In this document: positions 11,890 through 23,724 of the stretch, piece after piece
Layout: each line of letters begins with the position of its first letter
How positions within the stretch are numbered: the stretch's first letter is position 1
Source of the DNA: Octopus sinensis
Taxonomy: Eukaryota
Assembly (NCBI RefSeq): GCF_006345805.1
Contig: NC_043016.1
Coordinates: 8,060,001-8,124,000, forward strand
DNA length: 64,000 nucleotides
Direction: 5' to 3'
Notes under the pieces: model-generated
What the model saw: the letters and a program-made list of their open reading frames with translations, nothing else
Told to the model about the DNA's origin: nothing
Databases searched by the model: none
Position numbers and translations under genes: made by a program

Positions 11890-12215
11890 CTTTTATTGTT
11901 TTACATGTTTCAGTCATTTGACTGTGGCCATGCTGGAGCACCACCTTTATTTGAACAAATCGACCCCAGGACTTATTCTTTGTAAGCGTAGTACTTATTC
12001 TGTCTCTTTTGCTGAATCACTAGGCTACGGGGATGTAAACACACTAACATTGACACACACATACATATATATGATGGGTTTCTTTCAGTTTCTTCTACCA
12101 GATCCACTCACAAGGCTTTGGTTGGCCCAAGGCTATAGTAGAAGACACTTGCCCAATGTGCCTCGCAGAGGGACTGTACTTGGAACCATGTCTTACCACA
12201 CAGCCACTCCGTGCC

Positions 12216-12255
<40 letters not shown>

Positions 12256-12690
12256 CTCTTTTACTTGTTTCAGTCATTTGACTGCAGTCATGTTGGAGCA
12301 CCTCCTTTAGTCGAACAAATTGCCCCCAGGACTTATTTTTTGTAAGCCTAGTACTTATTCTAGCAGTCTCTTTTGCTGAACTGCTAAGTTATGGGGATGT
12401 AAACACACCAGCATCGGTTGTCAAGCGATGTTTGCGGGGGGGGGGGGGCAAACAGAGACACACAAACACACACACATTAATATATATATATATATATATA
12501 CATACATATATACGACGGGTTCTTTCAGTTCCATCTACCAAATCTACTCACAAGGCTTTGGTTTGCCCAAGGCTATAGTAGAAGACACTTGCCCAAGGTG
12601 CCATGCAGTGGGACTGAACTAGAACCATGTGGTTGGTAAGCTAGCTACTTACCACGCAGCCACTCCTATATATGTATGTGTATGTATGTA

Positions 12691-12739
<49 letters not shown>

Positions 12740-12893
12740 TTCTTTCAGTTTGTCCACCAAATCCCCTCATGGGGCTTTGGTTGGTCCAGGACTATAGTAA
12801 GGTACTTGCTGAAGGTGCTGTATAGTGCAGTTGAACTTGAATCCATATGGTTAAGAAACAGACTCCTTAACTTCTTGACCATACAGTCATGCC
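11890..12893 (-). mobile_element. Three consecutive family B copies (about 11890-12220, 12255-12668, 12735-12893)
   Basis: Repeated reverse complement of the B tail (ttttacttgtttcagtcatttgactg) and head (accacacagccactcc), separated by (TA)n. Confidence 0.85.
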
Positions 12894-13270
12894 TATCTTA
12901 CAAGGAAAGCCACTTTGGACAAAGCTTAATTTAGGTATGCAGAAAGTCTACCTGACAGTATGGTTATGGCTGGATCCCATTTGGTTATCGCTATGCTTGA
13001 CCTGGGCTGACATGGAATTCAAAAACCATGATATAACAGTCATTCCTACAACACTCTGTCTTTTTGAGTGACATGTCAGTTACTTGAATAAAGGCAAGCT
13101 GATACAGATTAAAAGAGGAGGAATGGTAGGACCTGCAAAAATATTCAGAATCTGTATTATTAAAATGGAGACGAGAATAGTGATAGTGTTGTCTCTAAAC
13201 TGCTACCCACCACCCCATCGAGCCATACCTCCATCCATCCATATATACATACATACATACATTTGTCCGT

Positions 13271-13560
13271 GGAGGCACATGGCCTAGTAGTTAGAGCAGC
13301 GGACTCACGGTCGAGGGATTGCAGGTTCGAATTTCAGACCGGGTGATGTGTGTGTTTATGAGCGAAAACACCTAAGCTCCACGCGGCTCCAGCAGAAGGT
13401 AATGGCGAACTTCTGCTGACTCTTTCGTCACAACATTCTCTCACTTTTTTCTCCTGCATCTTGCAGCTCACCTGTGACGGACCGGCCAAGAAACCTATAC
13501 GCCAAGAAACCGGGAAACCGGCCCTTATGAGCCAGGCATGGCTTGAGAAGGAACAAACAG
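13271..13560 (+). mobile_element. Family C tRNA-derived SINE (variant tail)
   Basis: ggaggcacatggcctagtagttagagcagcggactc...ggttcgaatttc (A/B boxes); body shared with 20680 and 45528, but a different 3' tail ending gaaggaacaaac. Confidence 0.8.
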
Positions 13561-14336
13561 CAAATACATTTGTCTGTGTCTCTTGGCACACAACATACAT
13601 TCTACCCAACATGGAAAAGATGAACATCTCACATCATTAGCTTATTCTGACTTAGCTTCGTTTTGTTATTACATTAAGAAAACACTGAAGCAAGTCATAC
13701 TTGAAATGAAGTGATTGTAGATGTTAAAAAATAAATAAATAGAATTTAAAAAATAAAAAGCAAAAAATTATTAAAAAAATAATGGCAAACAAATAAAATC
13801 TGTTCTAAAGAAAGGCAAAAAAAAAAAAACCAAAAAAATTGGTTGCAATTTTCTGGGCCAAGGTCCTTTGAAGTAACAGTCTGGTTTTTGTGCCACTCTA
13901 ACCAATGGTGTTAGTCGTATGATGATACCATTGCACCCAGAGTTGTGTAAAAGGAAAGTCGAGTATGGAATGTCTTGAACTGTTATAAGTGTTCTTTAGA
14001 GGAATCAGGCTACACTGGTGCTTTCTTATCTGATTAAGCTTCAGGCTGTGTGTGTGCGTGTTTTATGTGAGAGTGTAAATATGTGTAATTTGGTCAGAGC
14101 TGAAGATGGTCTCACTATCCCCACCCGTTCTGTGTTTTTGGCATTAAAGAAATCAAATAAGATGGAAATTAGTGGGGGAGGGGAATATAATCCCCCCCCC
14201 GCTCCACTGCCAACCGTCACCACCACTTCCCTCCCTTCATCACCACCGTCTCTATCATCACAAATTTCTACGTGTAACAAAGTTGAGAACCTTGGTTACC
14301 GCTTTTCATATTTGTTCTGTATGTCTTTGTGTGTGT

Positions 14337-14339
<3 letters not shown>

Positions 14340-14378
<39 letters not shown>

Positions 14379-14760
14379 TATATGTATGTATATATATGAA
14401 TATATATGTAGTTATGTATATATATATGAATATGTATGTATGTATTATATATGAATATATATGTATGTATGTATGTATATATATGAATATATATGTATGT
14501 TATGTATGTATAATATGAATATATATGTATGTATATATATATATATATGAATATATATGTATGTATGTATATATATATGAATATATATGTATGTATGTAT
14601 ATATATATATATATGAATATATATGTATGTATATATATGAATATATATGTATGTATATATATGAATATATATGTATGTATATATATGAATATATATGTAT
14701 GTATATATGATATATCTATGTATGTATGTATATATATAGAATATATATGTATGTATGTAT
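14340..14760. repeat. TA-rich minisatellite (ATGAATATATATGTATGT-type unit)
   Basis: Direct reading; the same motif resumes at 16755. Confidence 0.92.
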
Positions 14761-16754
14761 CATCATCATCATCATCTCATTTAACGTCCGCTTTCCATGC
14801 TAGCATGGTTGGACGGTTCAACTGGGGTCTGGGGAGCCGAAGCTGCACCAGTCCAGTCAGATCTGGCAGTGTTTCTACAGCTGGATGCCCTTCCTAACGC
14901 CAACCACTCCGAGAGTGTAGTGGGTGATTTTATGTGCCACCGACACAGGTGCCAGACGAGGCTGGCAGACGGCCACGCTCGGATGGTGTTTTTTATGTGC
15001 CACCGACACAGGTGCCACGAGGCTGGCAGACGGCCACGCTCGTATGGTGGTTTTTATGTGCCACCGACACAGGTGCCAGACGAGGCTGGCAGACGGCCAC
15101 GCTCGGATGGTGTTTTTATGTGCCACCGACACAGGTGCCAGATGAGGCTGGCAAACGGCCACGATCGGATGGTGCTTGTTACGTGCCCACAGCACGGAGG
15201 CCAGTCAATGCGGTACTGGCTACGGCCACGTTCGGATGGTTTTCTTATGTGCCACGTGCCACCGGCACTGGTACCACAAAGATACAAATTCCATTGATGT
15301 TCATCTATTTTGATTTGTTTTGATTTTCACTTGCCTCAACAGGTCTTCACAAGTGTCACAAGAAGGAAGGTATGCACAGGTGGACTGACTACGTCCAGGT
15401 AGGGGCCATGGGTTATGGGCTGACTAGTCTTGCCGGGTCTTCGGATGGTGTTTTTATGTGCCACCGACACAGGTGCTAGATGAGGCTGGCGAACGGCCAC
15501 GATCGGATGGGTTTGTCATGTGCCCACCGCACTGACTACGGCACTGATGGATTTCTTGTGTGCCACAGGCACTGGTACCACAAGATACAAATTCCATTGA
15601 TGTTCATCTATTTTGTCTATTTTGATTTGATTTTCACTTGCCTCAACCGGTCTTCACAAGTGTCACAAGAAGGAAGGTATGCACAGGTGGACTGACTAGT
15701 CTTGCCGGGTCTTCGGAAGGTGTTTTTATGTGCCACCGACACAGGTGCCAGATGAGGCTGGCGAACGGCCATGATCGGATGGTGTTTGTTACGTGCCCAC
15801 AGCACGGAGGCCGGTTGATGCGGAACTGGCTACGGCCACGTTCGGATGGTTCTCTTGTGTGCCACCGGCACTGGTACCACAAAGTGTGTGCCACCGGCAC
15901 TGGTACCACAAAGTGTGTGCCACCGGCACTGGTACCACAAAGATACAGATTCCATTGATGTTCATCTATTTTGATTTGTTTGATTGATTTTCACTTGCCT
16001 CAACAGGTCTTCACAAGTGTCACAAGAAGGAAGGTATGCACAGGTGGACTGACTACGTCCCAGGTAGGGGCATGGGTTATGGCCTGACTAGTTGCCGGGT
16101 CTTCGGATGGTGTTTTTTGTGCCACCGACACAGGTGCTAGATGAGGCTGGCGAACGGCCACGATCGGATGGTGTTTGTCATGTGCCCACAGCACGGAGGC
16201 CAGTCGATGCGGTACTGGCTACGGCCACTTTCGGATGGTTTTCTCTTGTGTGCCACCGGCACTGGTACCACAAAGATACAAATTCCATTGATGTTCATCT
16301 ATTTTGATTTGTTTTGATTTGATTTTGATTTTGATTTTCACTTGCCTCAACAGGCCTTCACAAGTATCACAAGGAGGAAGGTATGCACAGGTGGACTGAC
16401 TACGTCCCAGGTAGGGGCCTGGGTTATGGCTGACTAGTCTTGCCGGGTCTTCGGATGGTGTTTTTATGTGCCACCGACACAGGTGCTAGATGAGGCTGCG
16501 AACGGCCACGACCGGATGGTGTTTGTTATGTGCCCACAGCACGATGGCCAGTGATGCGGTACTGACTACGGCCATGTTCGGATGGATTCTTGTGTGCCAC
16601 CGGCACTGGTACCACAAGCGGTACTGACTACTTTTATGTGCCACCGACACAGGTGCTAGATGAGGCTGGCAAACGGCCACGACGGATGGTGTTTGTTATG
16701 TGCCCACAGCACGATGGCGAGTGATGCGGTAGACTACGGCCACGTTCGGATGGA
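14761..16754 (-). repeat. Family R element expanded into a ~2-kb higher-order tandem array
   Basis: R tail at 14761, about four ~60-bp units (14925-15170), then about five 270-390-bp units each starting cggatggtgtttttatgtgccaccgacacagg. Confidence 0.9.
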
Positions 16755-17935
16755 TTATGAATATATATGTATGTATGTAATATATATGAATATATATGTA
16801 TGTATGTATATAATATATGAATATATAGTGATGTATGTATATATATATGAATATATATGTATGTATGTATATATATATATATGAATATATATATATGTAT
16901 ATATATGAATATATATGTATGTATATATATGAATATATATGTATGTATGTATATATATGAATATATATATATGTATGTATATATATGAATATATATATAT
17001 GTATGTATATATATGAATATATATATATGTATATATATGAATATATATGTATGTTATATATATGAATATATATGTATGTATGAATATATATGTATGTATA
17101 TATATATGAATATATATGTATGTATATATATATATGAATATGTATGTATGTATATATATGAATATGTATGTATGTATATATATGAATATGTATGTTATAT
17201 ATGAATAGTATGTATGTATATATATGAATATGTATGTATATATATGAATAATATGCATGTATATATATATGTATGTATATATATGAATATATATGTATGT
17301 ATTATATATATGTATGTATGTATATATAGAATATATATGTATGTATATATTATATATGTATGTATGTATATATATATATGAATTATATGTATGTATATAT
17401 ATATATATGTATGTATGTATATATATGATATATATGTATGTATATATATATAGTATGTATGTATACATATGAATATATGTATGTATATAATATATGTATG
17501 TATGTATATATATGAATATATATGTATATATATATGTATGTATGTATATATATGAATATATATATATGTATGTATATATATATATATGTATGTATGTATA
17601 TGTATGTATATATATATATATGTATGTATGTATATATATGAATATGTATGTATGTATATATATATATGTAAATAGTATGTGTATAATATATATAATATGA
17701 TGTATATTATATGTGAATATGTATGTGTATATATATATATATATATGTGTGAATATATGTATGTATGTATGTGTATATATGTATGTATGTATGTGTATAT
17801 ATGTATGTATGTATGTGTATATATGTATGTATGTATGTGTATATATATATGTATGTATGTGTATATATATATATATATATGTATGTATGTAGATAAAGTG
17901 TGTGTGTGTATATATGTATACACATATATACATAC
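16755..17935. repeat. ~1.2-kb TA/TATG/ATGAAT microsatellite field
   Basis: Direct reading; source of the 404-aa and 273-aa low-complexity ORFs. Confidence 0.95.
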
Positions 17936-17937
17936 AT

Positions 17938-18975
17938 GGACATGACCACCACAGCAAATAGCATAGCACTTACAGAAACACACCCGAGACCAGATATAGC
18001 AAATGCAGAAATACACATACCACAGTATGTTGTATAACGGACCGACAGAAAGAACGGAGTCATGGTGGAGTTGCTATGTACATCCACGAAGACCTCATAC
18101 CCAGGTCCTTTCGTCCCACTCAAATTCAGTGACACACTAACTGTACATATAAGACAACTCGATGTAGTTATATATACTACATAACACCCTCCAGATGCAC
18201 CGAATCATGTAGGCAACTTTGAAGACTGCCTTACAAAAATAGAAGTTCTAGTCACATTAGAACAACACATAAGGGTACTTCTTAAGGGAGACTTCAATCT
18301 GCCCAATGTCAGATGGCCTGAGGGCCATTCTCTCCCAGGAATGGCACGATGCGAACAAGGACAGGTGAAGTCCCTCCTGAACCTTATCAACATTTTGTAC
18401 ATGGAACAAATTGTACTCCAACCAACCAGGGCAGGTAACATACTGGATATCTGCTCCACAAATAATATGGATTTCATCCATAATGTGAAAGTGACACCGA
18501 CGCTACTCTCGGATCACAACATGGTAGAGCTGACCATGTACAGACCAAGAGAAACCATGGACATGAAGCCTACAAGAAACTCTCAGAATCTTCCCTGCGT
18601 CAACTTCCATAAGACAAACTGGAAACAAACTGAGAAAGAGATCCTCAGACAAGACTGGACTAAATGTCTCTCCTCACCAGACATTGACATGAAAATCCTC
18701 AGAGAGAAAGGCCACTGTGCACAAGATCAAAATCCCCAGGGAGAGGAAAATTCTTAAGAGATGGTGTACAAAAATTTCAAATCACCTGAAACAAACAAAT
18801 TGAAAGCAGTGAAAAGTCCCGTCTGAAAATACAACGGCTGGAGATGGAAAAAAATCTGCAACTCTCCCATGAAAAAGAAAGAGCAGACAAAGAAGCCTGG
18901 GCTATAGACAATATGAAATGTAACTCCAGAGCTTTCTACAAGTTTGCCAAAGAAACAGCTTCAGTGCACTGCAGG
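17938..18975 (+). mobile_element. CR1/L2-clade LINE ORF2 fragment: APE endonuclease domain (pseudogenised)
   Basis: Motifs ALTETH (17966-17983), GGVAMY, HPP, GDFNLP (~18287), PTRAGNILD and SDH (18509-18517) across frameshifts; ORF 18341-18757 is part of it. Confidence 0.9.
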
Positions 18976-18986
18976 ATGTGTGTATG

Positions 18987-19022
<36 letters not shown>

Positions 19023-19038
19023 AATATATAAAATATTA

Positions 19039-19750
19039 TTAGAGACAAAACCACTATTTTGCAAAACAAACAAGGAAAGACTTAATCAATACATAAAATT
19101 TTAATAAATAGTCAAAAAACCGCCACTACAATTGTTTCTTGTCTTGATCGACAACCTTCAGGTGGACTTCCAATCTAAAATATCAATATTTTAAAATATA
19201 AAAATAATAATTTAAAATAATTAAAGTATGAATGAAAAAATATAAATATATAATCCATATATAACCTATATATAATCCATATATAATCAATATATAACAA
19301 TATATAACTAAAATAAACCTATCAACAATTAAATATAAAATATAAAATATAAAACAAACAAAAAAATAATAATAATATTATAATAAACTATATATACACC
19401 CATACACATATACCTAATTATATATAACCATATCTAACTACATACACTAAATCACACACCTAATATATATCCCTATACATACACTAAAACGTCTAGGCAA
19501 CTATAAATAAATAAAATAGCTAAATACTTCAACACAATACTTATTCATACCCCCACACACACACACATACAACACACATTCACGCTCTAGAAAACGGACA
19601 TCACTTAAAATTATGAACGGAGAAATGGAATAATGGAATTAAAAATTATATTCACTTGGTAAAACGAACACTACTTAAAAATTATGAATGAAACAATGCA
19701 ATAAAACAACAGACATCGCAAATAGACACAAATTACTACGAATGTATATA
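19039..19750 (-). mobile_element. AT-rich non-coding element with a hammerhead motif (Penelope pLTR/retrozyme-like)
   Basis: Terminus ttagagacaaaaccactatt shared with 58252-58271; hammerhead motif 65-105 nt inside; flanked by (TA)n. Confidence 0.55.
19123..19165 (-). ncRNA. Minimal type I hammerhead ribozyme motif (A9G variant)
   Basis: Minus strand: ccac CTGAAGG ttgtc-gatcaa-gacaa GAAA c-aatt-GTA gtgg; stem I 4 bp, stem II 5 bp, palindromic stem III acaattgt. Confidence 0.6.
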
Positions 19751-19781
19751 TATGTATGTATATGTCTAAGTATATATCTAC

Positions 19782-19829
<48 letters not shown>

Positions 19830-19915
19830 ATGTCTAAGTATATATCTACGTATGTATGTATGTATATATATGTATGTATATATGTCTATATGTGTGTATG
19901 TATGTATATATTGAG

Positions 19916-20092
19916 AAAAAAGGTCGCCAGAATGTTGGGAAGAAAATTTTTTATTTATTCATAATTATTTGCAGTTTCATTTATTTTTCGAACTTGTCAA
20001 ATAGAATTTTGACAAGTTCAAGATAATAACGAAAGCAGGAATGATAATAAATAAATAAAAAGATTTCTTTCCAAAATTCTGGCGAAATTTTT
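19916..20092. repeat. ~175-bp imperfect palindrome (fold-back/MITE-like)
   Basis: Outer arms cgccagaat..tgg.aagaaa / tttctttccaaaattctggcg; inner 12-bp stem gaacttgtcaaa / tttgacaagttc. Confidence 0.8.
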
Positions 20093-20119
20093 AGTCAGTA
20101 TTCAATATCTGTACAACAC

Positions 20120-20626
20120 GCCTAAAACTCTATAGATATATCTATGTATATATATGTGTGTATATATGTATAGATGTGTATATATATATATGTGTGTATA
20201 TATATGTGTGTGTGTATATGTATGTATATATATATGTATGTATGTATATATGTATGTGTAGGTATATATGTATGTATATATGTATGTGTAGGTATATATA
20301 TATGTATATATGTATGTGTAGGTATATATGTATGTATATATGTATGTGTAGGTATATATATATGTATATATGTATGTGTAGGTATATATGTATGTATATA
20401 TGTATGTGTAGGTATATATATATGTATATATGTATGTGTAGGTATATATGTATGTATATATGTGTAGATATATATGTATATATATGAATATGTATGTCTA
20501 TGTCTATGTAGCTATTATATATATATATGTATGTTATATGTATATCTATGTATATATACATATATATACATAAATATATATGTATATATACATATAATAT
20601 ATATATATATATAGGTATATATACAT

Positions 20627-20665
<39 letters not shown>
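20120..20665. repeat. TA/TG microsatellite with a 30-bp tgtaggta-containing minisatellite
   Basis: Direct reading. Confidence 0.92.
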
Positions 20666-20666
<1 letters not shown>

Positions 20667-20679
20667 TATATTACATGGT

Positions 20680-20986
20680 GGAGGCGCAATGGCCCAGTGA
20701 TTAGGGCAGCAGGCTCGCAGTCGGATGATCGCGGTTTCGATTCCCAGACCAGGCGTTGTGTGTTTATTGAGCAAAAACACCTAAGCTCCTCGAGGCTCCG
20801 GCAGGGGGTGGTGACAATCCCTGCTGTACCCTTTCGCCACAACATTCTTTCAATCTTTCTTCTGTTGGCCTGCTCGCTTAGCCAGCGGGGTGGCGTCATT
20901 TGAAGGCTAAAACAATGCGAAGCGCATTGTGACCAGCGATGTGTAGCAGCATCTGATAGCGTGGTCGGTCGCATTGATTGGTGATA
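20680..20986 (+). mobile_element. Family C tRNA-derived SINE
   Basis: ggaggcgcaatggcccagtgattagggcagcagg...ggtttcgattccc; near-identical to 45528-45835. Confidence 0.88.
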
Positions 20987-20989
20987 TAT

Positions 20990-21213
20990 AGTTTATATGT
21001 GTGTGTGTGTATTTATATATATTTCTGTGTATATACATATATTGATGTATATATGTGTATATATATATTCATGTATATATATATCTACTTACATATAAAT
21101 ATATATATATATATCTGTATATATATATACATCTGTGTATATATATGTGTTTAAATATATATGCATATATATTTGTGTGTATATATATGTGTGGTGTGTG
21201 GTGTATTTATATA

Positions 21214-21253
<40 letters not shown>

Positions 21254-21454
21254 ATATATGTATTAATATACATATATACTCAAACTCTCTCATATATATA
21301 GATATGTACATATATACATCAAAATCCCTTATTCACCTAATGGCACATATTACAGGAGGCTCTCAATAACACAATGTAGCAAAACGATGGTTGCACCAGC
21401 ATGACCACAGCTTGTGCTAAAATTAGGAAAAATTTATATATATGAATATATATA

Positions 21455-21495
<41 letters not shown>

Positions 21496-22085
21496 TGTAT
21501 GATGTATTTGCATGTATCTATATATATGTATATGCATGTATATATGTATATATATGCATATAGTGTATATATATGCTTGTCTATATGTATGTATACGTAT
21601 ATTTGTATGTATGTATGTTTGTGTATGCATATATTTGTTTGTGTATATATATGTGTATGCATATATGTAATATATATATATGCATATATGAATATGTATG
21701 TGTTTGTATATATGTGTAAGAAAATTTATATATATGTATGTATATATATATATATATTATATATATATATATATATATACGTATATGTATTTATTTATGT
21801 GCATGCATTTAAATATATCTATATATATTTCTGTATGTGTATGCATATATATCTGTATATATATTTATGTATGTGTATGTTATATATATATATATGTATA
21901 TATATGTGCATGCATATCTAAGTGTGTAATATATATATATATGTACATGCATATATATATGTCTGTATATGCATGTATGTTTGTATATATATATATGTAC
22001 ATGCATATATATATATACACATACGTATATATACATACATACATATATATGTGTGTGTCTGTATGTATGTACGCACACACACACA
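20990..22085. repeat. (TA)n/(TG)n microsatellite field
   Basis: Direct reading; short SINE B tail remnant at about 21345-21420. Confidence 0.9.
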
Positions 22086-23162
22086 TCTTAACCTCAAAGT
22101 CATGCTATTATATACATATGTAAGAATCATCATCTGCAATGTAGCATTCAGTGATCCTTACTTTCAGTCTTAAATTTTTCTTTTCCTTTTTTTTTTTTCT
22201 TTTCTACCACAACAACAACAATAACAACAGCAACAGCAGATCTTAAAAGTACATCATTTCTCAACGTATTCCCCATTCTGCTTTTCAACACCCCTTGGTA
22301 CATCATCGCAAGCAGAAGATTTCATTCTTGCACTCAGGAAGAAATATATCTTCAGTTGTCCGATGATATACTGCGTCTTTCAGTTCTTGCCTCTTCCTCC
22401 AAGGCAAATTGAGGTTTCTTTTTTTTTCACCATTATTTCATGACATCTGAGTGCAGCAAACAGGTGACAGTTCAAAGAAGCAAGGAAAGGAATACTTGAG
22501 TTCCTCGGATTTTGCTTTGTGGGGGATTTTCCACAGCTTGAATGGCAGTGCAAAGACAACAACCGTGTCATGGAAAAAAAATCAAAACTTTTCAATAGTA
22601 GCCTTTTGTATTTTGCAGGTCTTAACTTGTCACACAGCCTTTGTTTTTTCTTGTTTTTGTACGTGTTTTATTTTTATTATTTTTTTTTTTTTTCACTTCT
22701 CACTCATCTTCTGCTACAGCCAATCTCACCCACCCACTACGTCCACTTTCACTCACTCCTTTCTATGTCCACTCTCATTTTCACCTCCCACTCTCAACTC
22801 TACCACTTCCACTCATCTGCAGCTAAACTTGTCAAACAGCTGGTGGGGGGGGGGGGGGGGTTCCTGCAAAAAAAAAAAATGAAAATGGAAAAAAATCTTT
22901 GTGTTTGTTTGTAGAGGAAGTCATTCAAGAAATAAATAACTGAATTTGTTTTATTTCATAGTTTTTACTCTGTATTTTTGCAAGGAAACATTTTTGTTCT
23001 TAGTATGTGGATGTGTGAGTTTTGGTGGTGGAAATTGAATGACAGTGCAATAGTACTCCCTTTCCATTCTTCAGTTTTTTTGTTTCATTTTTTTTTTTAA
23101 ATGTTTCTCTTTGGGTGGGAGTGGAGTTGAAGCGGAATAAGGGTGAAAGAAAAACTAAAACG

Positions 23163-23196
<34 letters not shown>

Positions 23197-23683
23197 TTCT
23201 CGATTCCATTTTGGTTCGCTTTGGGGTTTGGTTCTTTTTTTTTTGTTATAATTTTTGGTGGGGTTGAGCCAGACGGGAGGAGTAGGTGAACGTTCTAATC
23301 AATTCCTTGTACAAATTTATTAAATCAAAACAGTCTTCTGCACTTAATTTCACTTTGTGTGGTGTGTGTGGTGTGTGTGTGTGTGTGAAGTGTTGCTTGT
23401 TAGAGGCTGTGCAACCATCTTACAATCAACCATTTGTCTTATATGCCTGACTTCCAAAGAAAAGATTTATATATATATATGTATGTATGTATATATATGT
23501 ATGTATATGCATATGTGTGTATATATATATGTATGTATGTATGTATATATGTGTGTGTATATCCTGAGTATATATGTGATATGTATATATATATATATAT
23601 ATATTGTTTGTATGTATATAATCTCTAAAGAATTACAGTACGTGGAAGTATGGACTGACACACACGCATAGATACATGTGTGA

Positions 23684-23723
<40 letters not shown>

Positions 23724-23724
23724 T

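Noticed and set aside
13271-13345. tRNA-like heads of families A-D as true tRNA genes
   Set aside because: A/B boxes are present, but there is no complete acceptor stem and each head runs into a shared SINE body.
14925-16754. CRISPR-like array
   Set aside because: Eukaryotic context; the units are contiguous tandem repeats with no unique spacers and there are no cas genes.
16755-18016. 404-aa and 273-aa ORFs, plus similar Y/I/H/T/M/C-rich ORFs at 4615-5247, 14018-14897, 20142-22173, 36289-36567, 58114-58627 and 62572-62922
   Set aside because: They are translations of (TA)n/(TG)n/(CA)n microsatellites that happen to lack stops; no domain content.
22380-22595. 71-aa minus-strand ORF and neighbouring frames
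   Set aside because: All frames close quickly and no homology is recognised; kept only as part of the transposon-free island.
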